From contig NC_043003.1 of NCBI RefSeq assembly GCF_006345805.1, positions 55,118,001-55,182,000 on the forward strand: a DNA stretch of 64,000 nucleotides. The letters are read 5' to 3'. A model generated the notes under the pieces. That model was not told where the DNA came from. It saw only the letters and a program-made list of their open reading frames with translations, and did not search any database. A program made the position numbers and the translations under genes. This document shows positions 53,570-64,000 of the stretch, in pieces; the first letter of the stretch is position 1; the number at the start of each line of letters is the position of its first letter. Origin of the DNA: Octopus sinensis (taxonomy: Eukaryota).

Positions 53570-54039
53570 TCATAGCTATCATCATCACCATCGTCATCAC
53601 CACCACCTCCACCACTACCTCCTCCACCACCACCACCACCACTACCACCACCACACCACCACCACAAGCACCACCACCTGCACCACCACCACCGCCACCA
53701 CAACCCCAACCACAGCCGCAGCCGCAGTCACCGCCACCACCACTATCACAAGTACCTCCTCCACCAACCACCACCACCAGCACCACCGCTGCCGCCGCCG
53801 CTACGACTGCCTCTACTACCGCCACTACCGCCACAACTACCACCTCCACAAACCCCCACCCCCACCACCAGCACCTCACCATCCCACCACAACTACCATT
53901 ATCATCATCATCATCATTACCATCATCATAATAATTAACAAAATTACCATTAGTCCTCATCACCGACACCTTTATCATTATCGTCTTCAACATCTATTCT
54001 TCTGCCCCTCCTGCTCCTCCTCCCCCTCCTTCTTCTTCT

Positions 54040-54107
<68 letters not shown>
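53570..54107. repeat. (CAC/CAT/GCC)n low-complexity tract and (ATT)n microsatellite
   Basis: Direct reading. Confidence 0.9.
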
Positions 54108-54108
<1 letters not shown>

Positions 54109-55034
54109 GAAAATTCGCCTTTCTCCCTCCTTTTCTCTCTCTCATCTCTTACACTGTCATTCCACTACCGAACCCTCCATCACCCCCCATCATCCACCCA
54201 TCACTCCCACCAACTCCATCAACACCGCCATCTCTTTATTAATTTTCAATCTCACTCACACTATTAATTGAACACAATACATTTTTACCCTAAATCCGCC
54301 GTCTCTCAAACGTACTCCATTGAAAATCCCTCCAATGTAATTCAATACATGCAAATGTGGAAGTTTAATCACTTTAAAATCTGAATTAATTAAACCACAA
54401 AAGAAAACACACGAACGCCCATATAAATTATAAGACAAACAACATCTTTTTTTTCTTCTTTTCGTTACGTTGCAAGTAAACTATATTATGAAGTCACGTC
54501 GCGACGGTGTACATATACGTAAACAAATTTACATAAGTGGTTTTGTAATTATATGTGTTTATATGTGGCATTATTGATGCAAATTCACATAAATTTCTGT
54601 GTATGTAAATGACTGTGAATGTGTGTGTGTGTTGAAATATATTTATATAGGATTATAAAGTATTTAAGTGTGTTTATACATTGTACGTAGTTATATGAAT
54701 TAAACAAATATGTTTGTATAAGATTCGTACATATTATTGTGTTTGCATAAGTTTGTGTCTATTAATAAGTGATTTATATGTTTTACATTTCTTTATTTGC
54801 TGTGCGTTAAACCTTTTCTTGTATGTTTATGTACGTACTTAGATGTGCTTACACGCGTTATTTTGCGTGTGGTATTATTGTGCTTGGATGTACATACGTA
54901 TGTTGGTATTTGTCTGTGGATATTATGTGACATTCTAAATCCCGCTAAACAATGCGTCCCCATGTCTTTGTATATTTGTATATTTGTATATTGTTATTTG
55001 TAGTAATAAGCATCTTGGCTTTTATATGTGTATA

Positions 55035-55103
<69 letters not shown>

Positions 55104-55156
55104 GCATACGTATATTTATTTGTGTATGTACATAGATACATGAATATATAAGAATG

Positions 55157-55212
<56 letters not shown>

Positions 55213-55259
55213 CATACATTTGTGTATGCGTGTATATATATATATGTGTGTGTGTGTAA

Positions 55260-55305
<46 letters not shown>

Positions 55306-55434
55306 AACTTATATATTTCATTGCACTTTACGGTGATGAAGGGATGGGTAGTAGTAGTAGTAATAGTATAAGAAATCGTAGAGAAATAAAGAAGAGAATG
55401 ATGCAGTGAAGATGGGAAAATAGAGGGGAGAAGA

Positions 55435-55515
55435 AGAAGAAGAAGAAGAAGAAGAAGAAGAAGAAGAAGAAGAAGAAGAAGAAGAAGAAGAAGAAGAAGA
55501 AGAAGAAGAAGAAGA
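55435..55515. repeat. (AAG)n microsatellite
   Basis: Direct reading. Confidence 0.95.
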
Positions 55516-55917
55516 AAAGAAGTGAGAACATAAAGGTTAAGTTAATGGAGGTCACAGAAGTGTCAGGGGCTAGTGATTTCCAAACGCGGTGCTAGTCAGT
55601 AGCTTCTGTCATTTTTATGACGTAAATTTATTTTGTCTTTAGTTTCTAATTGCTAATAAACCACCTTTTTTTTAATTTGTTGTTTACACTTTCATCGTTT
55701 TGAAAATCACCACATGTTTGTCATCGGTTTTTCTTATAATATTCATAGAGGCAGTTAAGTTTAACCTTAAGCGTTAAAAGTCGCTGATGAGGTTTAAGAT
55801 TGTCTACATCAAACTCCGAAATCGCGATCCGACTATGTACGCTGGAGACTTGCCTCCCTTTGACAGTCATTACTTTCAGTGCTTATGTGTCTTTTGAAGT
55901 ATTTTAACTCTTATATA

Positions 55918-56239
55918 TGGAGCACTCCGTCGGTTACGACGACGAGTGTCCCAGCTGATACGATCAACGGAATAGCTTGCTAGTGATATTAACATGCAAG
56001 TGGCTGAGCAATCCACAGACATGCGTACCCCTAACCTAGTTCTCAAGGAGATTCAGCGTAACACAGATTCTGACAAGGCGGGCTCTTTGAAATACAAGTA
56101 CAACTCATTTTTGCTGAGCGGACTGGAACAACGTGAAATAAAGTGTCTTCCCCATGGACACAACGCGTCACTGGGAATTGAACTCACGACCTTAGAATCG
56201 TGAGTCGAATGCCCCAACCACTGAGCCACGCGCCTTCAC
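55918..56239 (-). mobile_element. Full-length tRNA-derived SINE (H1-C1-T2)
   Basis: Minus strand GTGAAGGCGCGTGGCTCAGTGGTTGGGGCATTCGACTCACGATTC...GAGTTCAATTCCC head. Tail ends CGTCGTCGTAACCGACGGAGTGCTCC. Confidence 0.85.
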
Positions 56240-56249
56240 AAACACACAC

Positions 56250-56287
<38 letters not shown>

Positions 56288-56574
56288 AATTCATGACGTC
56301 CTATGTTCGATTCCACCGTGAGATAGCTTTGAGAAAGTATAATTTGCTACACCTTCGAGTCAAAAAGCATCTGGTGAGTTAAAATATGGCATAGTAGAAG
56401 TCTGTTAGATGGCTGGCAGCTGTAAATCGGACGTCGTTCTTCCTATAGATCAACACTTTCTCTGCCTACATTAAATGCATAGATGTCTATAAAGATTTTA
56501 GCCAGCTTTTTCAGATAGAAAACAGATCGTTTCATCGGACACGTGGTAAAAGCATAACTTAAGTAACTTAAATA

Positions 56575-57863
56575 CGAGGGGCGTTCAATAAGTAATGCCC
56601 CTGACCCACTTCCCATAGCAGTAGAGCAACGAAACTTGGCACAGTTATTAGTCTTTTTCTACATAGGAACCACCCAGAGTTACGCATTTCTCCCATCGTT
56701 TGATGCGGCTCTGGAGACCGTTTTTGTAGAAGAACCCAGCTTGGTCCTCCAACCTCAACGTGACTTCAGAAATCAAGGCTGCATCATCTTGGAAACGCTT
56801 TCCTTTCAAAAACAACTTCATGATTGGGAAGAGGTGAAAATCAGAGGGTGCAAGGTCAGGAAAATAGGGGGGATGGGGAGGAGTTCATAACCATACGCCT
56901 GTGCTTCTGATCTGGCGACAAGCGAGTTGTGGACCGGAGCGTTGTCCTGCAGGAGGAGGATGCCTTTGTTGATCTTGCCCCGCCTCTTGATTTTGATAAC
57001 TTCTCTTAATTTCCTCAAAAGTGAAGCATAATAGGCTCCTGCAATTGTGGTACCCTTTGCCAGGAAATCTGTCATCACTACTCCGTCCTGGTCCCAGAAG
57101 ACTGTGAGCATGACCTTGCCAGCGGAGGGCTGCACCCTTGCCTTCTTTGGAGGGGGTGAGTCACGGTGCTTCCACTGCATTGACTGGGTTTTGGTCTCTG
57201 GATCATCGTGATGGACCCAGGTTTCATCCTGTGTAATCAGTCTTTTGAAAAGTTTTGACTCATCTTCTTGGCACATCTCCAAATTCACCCTCGAGCACTC
57301 GACGCGTTCTTGCTTCTGGAAAGGCGTGAGCAACCTGGGAATCCATCTGGCAGACACCCTTTGCATATGCAAATGGTCATGAATGATAGTTTCCACAGAC
57401 CCGGTACTAATCTTGACCTCATGGGCTATTTGGCGAATAATTATGCGTCGATCTTCCAAAATGGCAGCCTCAACTTGACGGACAGATGCCTCATCAATGG
57501 CAGAAGGGGGCGACCAGATCTGGGAGCTGTTTCCACAGAGTTCCGACCATGTTTGAATTCACGATGCCAGCGTTTTACAAGGTCATATGATGGGGCATCA
57601 TCACCATAAGTTACTTTCATTTCATCAAAAGTCTCCCGTGGTGTGCGTCCTTTCAAATACAAAAACAGGATCACTGCTCGACACTCAACAGGCTTCATTT
57701 CACACTTGACTCGGTTCAAACACCTGTAAATCAGAAACCACAATTAATTCAGAGCTGTAATTTGCCACTTACTCTATAGAGACATAAATGATTGCACTTG
57801 CAATTTCAGCTAGATCAAACAACTGCAAGTGGGTCAGAGGCATTACTTATTGAACGTCCCTCG
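56575..57863 (-). mobile_element. Full-length mariner transposon (1289 bp) with TIRs and TA target duplication
   Basis: TIR CGAGGG(G/A)CGTTCAATAAGTAATGCC(C/T)CTGACCCACTT at both ends. TA at 56573-74 and 57864-65. Confidence 0.95.
56648..57698 (-). pseudogene. DD34D mariner transposase, 350 aa when two 1-bp homopolymer deletions are restored
   Basis: MKPVECRAVI...APRSGRP / WIPRLL / TQDETW / LQDNAP / HPPYFPDLAPSDFHLF, with 34 residues between the second and third Asp. Frameshifts fall in G runs at 57506-57510 and 56875-56878. Confidence 0.92.
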
Positions 57864-58659
57864 TATGTTTTCGCACAAAGATTGGCCCACGCCATGTCTA
57901 CTTTAATAGCACCACCTGATAGGATCTGTTAAGTTATTTTTACTTCAAGTGTTGTGGTTTCGTGGCTCATTCAGTTTGGGAGTTATTGTTGACTGAGATG
58001 TAACCAGGTAAATGTCACTCATCTGATATCCCCTGAAGAAATTTGTCTAGGTTTTGTTTGAGAGTGATAGGACCTTATCCTTCTTTGGTTTGCTTTGGGA
58101 TAATGGTAAAATAGTCTAAGGCTAGTTGGGGAAAAGAAATAGTGTTGTAGTGAGCATAGGAACCAGAAGGTGCATCTACATGTATATATATATATATGTG
58201 GTTATACATGTATGTAGGATTGTCTCGAGTCAGTGTATATAAGTACGTTGCTTCTCTTTCTATTTTTCATATATACAGCTATATACTCATACAAAACAGC
58301 CAATACACAAATACTTAGAAACTAAAGGTCCAAATGCATATATCTATGAAGGAGCATAATTTGCTACGTACACTCGTATGTATGTACTTATGTATGTATG
58401 GGATATAATATATTATAGTATATAACATAATATTATGTGTGTGCGGAAGGAGAGAGAGAGAGAAAGAGAAGGGTAAACGGAGACAGAGAGATAGGAAGAC
58501 AGAGAGGTAAATTAAAAAACTTCATATTAATGCGATTCTTTCAATGAATTATAAATATTACTTATTGGAGTACTTATGCGAATGTGAGGTAGATCGATAG
58601 ATAGAGAGACAGACAGACAGATAGATAGAAAAATAGACAGATAGATATGTATATTATAA

Positions 58660-58735
<76 letters not shown>

Positions 58736-59560
58736 CTGTATGTCTTTATGTGTTCCCGAATATTTGTGAGTTTCTTTCTCAGAAATCTAATTATTTAATT
58801 ACGTGAAATATTTTATATATCTCTTATTTTTTTTTAATATACTGTAAAACATTTATTCCTCTAGAAATGATGTCTGATGAATTTCATTGCTTTCTGTACT
58901 GTAATTATTAACCTGTCTCCTTGACAGACACCTTTATATAAAAAACAGGGCCATAATACCTCTATTACAACTTACCTTCGGTCACAGACAGTCACACACA
59001 CGCATACACACACACACACACGCGCATTTGTGTGTTTGTATGTATATGGTGATTTATATATATATATAAAATAAATTAAAAAGGCTGGCTCTTATATGTA
59101 TATACATATATTTTAAATTAAACTTGCAGTATATGCTATGCTACGCGCTATTGATTCTTATAAGTATATATTGCAATAATGCTATTTAAAATATCGAGTC
59201 ACATGGATATTTATTTTAATACCTGCACTAAAGTATATGCGGCTCCTATTCTGTTCAGATGTAGAAATATACGCGTACTTTTAATTACCTCTATAGCATA
59301 ATAGTGAACGCCATCCAAACATTGCTATTCATACATCAGTCAGGTGTAATATTGTATATATTGCAAAATTTAATTTAATTTTTATTCATTTCTTCATTCG
59401 TATGTATTTATCCAAGGGGAGATTTCTTTTAGATTGACCTCGTGATGTTTGTCTACAGTTTCTGACGCTTTTCCTTTCTTTTCTCTCACGCACAATCACA
59501 CACAAGCACACACACGCACTCACGCACACCCACGCACACGCACACACGCAGACGTTCACT

Positions 59561-59595
<35 letters not shown>

Positions 59596-59598
59596 TTT

Positions 59599-59642
<44 letters not shown>

Positions 59643-59959
59643 GGCACAATCTATGCTACTTTCCGCTGACGATTATTTTTATAGGTCTAGAATATTTGAG
59701 ATCTCAAATAATGGAGTGTCATATATTTATTATATTACAAACTCACACACGAACGCACACAAACAACCGCACACATACATACACACATATGTATATATAC
59801 ATACAATTTCTTCTTAGTGACGTTGCTTTGGAACGTGATGGAGTTAGCTACCTTTGGCCAGTTCCAGGAAATAAGGCAGGATCTGCTCTTCCTTTTCCAC
59901 TAGCCGGCAAGCGTGGAATTCCATGTTTCTAGCACGAATTTCCTCTGATGAGGGCTGCT

Positions 59960-60780
59960 ACTAAAAAAAAAACACTTTTGAATTTTAAGCAACCCATCCA
60001 TGTCACACGAGTTTCTCGGTCAAAATAATTTTGTATATTCTTCTCCCGTTAAGGTATGATCCAGGTTGTTCCAGAAGCCACCATTTAGCTATGTGTGGCA
60101 CACCCGCTTCTTGTAAACACCGTACAAAGCTAGTCAAGGACAAATAAAGCACCTCTCTGGGTTCCTAAGAGGACCTGTGATTGTGAACACTTCGCTTTAA
60201 GTGGCCATCTTTAGCTCTAAAGATTTTCAAAGTCTCTGCTCTTGCGCAAGTATTGGGTTTGCAGCCGTTGTAGGTTCTGCTGCCATTACTGCCGTTGCTG
60301 CTCTCCCTGATGGACTCGTTGCTAGCGAGACTACCATTGTTGTTGTTGTTGTTGCTGCTGCAGTTGTTGTTGCCCCCATCACTGCCATTGCTACCGTTAT
60401 TACCGGACGTGATAGGGGTGCTCCCGCTGCCACCTACTTCGCGCCACAACTGTCGTTGCTGTTGTTGTTGTTGTTATCGCCGGACGTGTTGTTGGTGCCC
60501 TTATTGCTGCTGCTGTTGCCATAGCTGCCGTCTTTGCCATGACCGCTGGACACAACCTCGGGCTCGTAGACCACGGCCACGGAATTGCATCAACCACGCA
60601 GCGGCAATCACTGTTAACGATATCTGAGCAGCATTCTGCTTCTCTGCGTGATTTAGGGATGTTCATCAAAATCGTTTTAATACTGTGCCCACAACGGCCA
60701 TCCACATAGAGTCTCTCAGCGTGACTTCCTTCGGTTTTCGGAAGCTCATTATTACTATGGGCTTTAATTTATTTAGATCT
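59960..60780 (-). other. GC-richer decayed coding-like segment with Thr/Ala/Asn-rich repeats, possibly a LINE ORF1 remnant
   Basis: Interrupted frames such as ...TTAANPILAQEQRL*KSLELKMAT*SEVFTITGPLRNPERCFI... Composition contrasts with the AT-rich background. Confidence 0.3.
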
Positions 60781-63598
60781 CTGTCCAGGAACATCTGAAG
60801 ACGGTCAGTTCAATCTGTTTGACTCACAACGGATTTCGAAAGCATCTTTTGGCTAGATGACTCGCAGATCATTCCAACATTAAGTGGTAAGCGTAGACAC
60901 GATGGGGTAATATAGTTTGAGGTCATGATAACCTATTATATAGACTGTCGAGCATTTAGGAGTCATGTGACTGTGTTCAAAATTACTTTTGTTCTTATCC
61001 TTATCATGAAATATGTATTTCTATCAGCACTGTGCATTAAAATACTATTGTTATTTGATTTTCCAACCGCTTGAGTTCCTAACCCATTCCAAGTCCTATG
61101 AACATCAACGAATCTAGCATTGGAATCGCCTAGAATAATCTTTTCATTTCTTAGTATATAATTTATGGATTGTTCGATTCAAGAGTAAACGCATGAATTT
61201 CAGATTATAATGCATTACATTAAGAGAGAAGATTTTGGAGTTTTGAATTTGCTGAAAATAAGCTCGTTTTGATGCCAAAACCCTCACCATGATGTTTGCT
61301 TTCTCCAAAAAATTACATCCTTAAACCACTGTAGTGTGATGGCTATCATCACAAAGAATCGTTCAGCAATGGAACACATTATTTCTCCCACCATTAATAA
61401 GGTTGCCAATATTTTATAAATCTATGCTACGGCTGCTTTAAGAGGAAAACCGTTTAAAATGTGTGCATTAATTTCCTTAGATTTACTTACCTTATTGGTC
61501 GATCAGTTTGCCAGTCCCAACATTCTTTAATTTTCGAGGTACTACGTTGGTTTAGGTATCTTTTCCTCTTCACTGTCCTTTTTGTTGGTGTGTAAACATT
61601 GCTATTCCAAAACAAAACGTCCCTTAGTCTCCCGAAATCACTCCTAACGATGCTTGTGCTTCAGTATTCATATAACACGATCATAAGATATGTTCTTGGA
61701 CAATGTTCGATGTTTTTCTTCCATACTTCTATTATACGGAAACAGGGCATGCAAATCATAAAATTCATGCGTGAAATAATAAAAGAATGGTGCATCGCGA
61801 AACGTTACGTGTGCGTGTATTTATTTATAAGAAAGGAAGTTTGGAAGGCGTACAACAGTCGTTTCGAATAATATATGCTAGGAAGTTCCGCTGGCACCAA
61901 CAAGATATTAAGGATCGGATCATATCACACGCCAAAGTTTTAAATTTCGCTATTCCATGTTTTATACTTCCCAAAGTGTCCTCAGGTAGCAGTTATTGTT
62001 ATTCTGAATTTTTCCATTTCTCGGAAGATCGTTACTACCAATGTTAAGGAGCTTTTTTTTACTCAATCTTATACGGGTCTAAGAACTAATTTTCTATCAC
62101 ACCCAAAATAGTTCTTATATGGTAAGATTTCATTATTTTGTTCATTTTCATGTAACTGTGCACCACTAGGGTATAGTCAAGGATTCTGTACTAACAATGT
62201 ATCCAAAGTGTATGTTTCTTTTCTTTTCGTTTTTCTTGTTTGAAGATGTAAGGCATGATTTGAAGGATTTTGACTGCTATAACTCCTGAGCTGAACGACT
62301 GCAAAAAGTCACTGAATGAACTGGATCTGAAATGTTTCAAGAGTGACATGAATGCATATAGTGGAAGTATCATTGTCGAGACAACTTTCTCATCTCAATG
62401 GCCTACTCATTGTAGAGCCAGGAAAATAAACCAAGAATAATACGTTTTGCTCAATTCTTATGATTATTTGCCACTCAGACGTGTCTTCAAATGCATGAAA
62501 CATACAAATCTCATAGTTAGTCAAGTAGTTCATTATATATATAACAAAAGTAGGCTACCTTTTTGCTTACACGATCTTCCAATCTGAACTGATCGAAAAT
62601 ATATCCAAAATGTTGACCATGATATAAATTTCAGAAATCATCCATTCGAAGTAATCTGTTTAGTGTGATTATCAAGAGAGCACATCTCTATTTTTGTTAG
62701 CAGCACCTCATTGGATCCATTTCTCAGAGGTGTCGCAATGTCATTGACAGACAAGTATATCGCGCTGGATATTAGCCGGTGATTATATTTTACGCAATAG
62801 GAAACTGTATTTGTGTTAATAATAATGTTTAAAGTTTTGGTTCTAAATACATGGCGCCTTGAATTCTGTAAGCAGAATGGAAATTAAAGCACTTTCAGAT
62901 GAAAAATAAATTTAACATGTAAATAATGTTTTACGTTTAGAAAATATAATCCAAATATTTAAAAAAAAAATAAACAACACAAATACAGTATTTGGCAATT
63001 CCCTCCACAAGTAACGCTATTTTGTAAATTTTAAACATTTGCTGAATGTCTCGAGATTGTGCATAGACATATTTAAACATACACCCATCAATGTATACAC
63101 ATGTATATAAATATATCCGTACAACCTTACATTGTGAAATATAATAATCTGAAATGCAATATATGACTTTGGATAAACATGCAGTTTAACCAGGGTGAGA
63201 ACGGAAATAAATGGCTATGCCACTGAGTGTCTTCCTTTTAGGACGTAAGCGCTCGCTTTGACATGATCAGTCTCTGAAGCTCTTTGGCTTTCACCATGGA
63301 AATGCTTCTTTTATATCAATACAGTGATCACTAGTATATTTTTACTTATAGTAGTATTGAAACTCATATACAGATAAACTGATGCGTATTAATATCATGA
63401 GAACGAACGTACTGTCAATAAGGCTCAAATTAATGGTGTTTTTGTAAAGAGAATATGTGTATTTCTTCACATACGAAGGGCTAAAAGTTTAGTCAAATAC
63501 ATCTCAATTATCCAGAATACAAGAAAGAAACTTCTGCGACACTTCTGTTTCCAACAGGACACATAGTCTAGCACGCGTGCGCGCACCACACATATACG

Positions 63599-63631
<33 letters not shown>

Positions 63632-63632
<1 letters not shown>

Positions 63633-64000
63633 CTCTTTTACTCTTTTACTTGCTTCAGTCATTTGACTGCGGCCATGATGGAACACCGCCCTTTAGTCGA
63701 ACAAATCGACCCCAGGACTTACTCTTTGTAAGCGTAGTACTTATTCTATCGGTCTCATTGCCGACCGTTAAGTTACGGAGACGTAAACACACGACCATCG
63801 GTTGTCAAGTGATGTTGTCGGGGGACAAACACAGACACACAAACATATACACACACATTCACATATATATACATATATACGACGGGCTTCTTTCAGTTTC
63901 CGTCTACCAAATCCACTCACAAGGCTTTGGTCGTCTCGTGGTTATAGTAGAAGACACTTTCCCAAGGTACCACACAGTGGGACTGAACCCCGAAACATAT
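63632..64000 (-). mobile_element. Abundant SINE with an (AAAAGAGT)n tail, running off the window end
   Basis: CTCTTTTACTCTTTTACTTGCTTCAGTCATTTGACTGCGGCCATG...CTTCTTTCAGTTTCCGTCTACCAAATCCACTCACAAGGC...GTGGGACTGAACCC (B-box side at the window edge). Confidence 0.8.

Noticed and set aside
59941-59970. CTGATGA followed by GGGCTGCTACTAAAA
   Set aside because: No stem II, GAAA or stem I partner.
62246-62440. 57-codon open frame after a long pyrimidine tract (ILTAITPELNDCKKSLNELDLKCF...)
   Set aside because: The best acceptor leads to stops in all frames, and there is no recognisable homology or partner exon.

Overview
AT-rich, microsatellite-dense eukaryotic intergenic or intronic DNA. The SINE families and repeat make-up point to an octopod cephalopod (inference). 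No complete host gene can be supported, and most ORFs in the supplied track are microsatellite artefacts. Recognisable content is almost entirely mobile DNA: (1) a full-length DD34D mariner (56575-57863) broken only by two homopolymer frameshifts; (2) two further mariner fragments, one nested in an RLE-type LINE; (3) a decayed hAT/Buster transposase; (4) two Penelope-like RT + GIY-YIG elements, one bounded by 410-bp, ~99% identical inverted repeats; (5) R4/Dong-type and CR1-type LINE 3' ends; (6) two MITE-like palindromes; (7) many modular tRNA-derived SINEs. The most interesting signal is a set of hammerhead ribozyme folds in short non-autonomous retroelements with fold-back 5' ends. One sits inside a tRNA-headed (Pol III promoter) SINE at 834-1150, and another has a G3-C8 swapped core at 6758-6806. 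A weakly supported chain of minus-strand exons may belong to a host gene.
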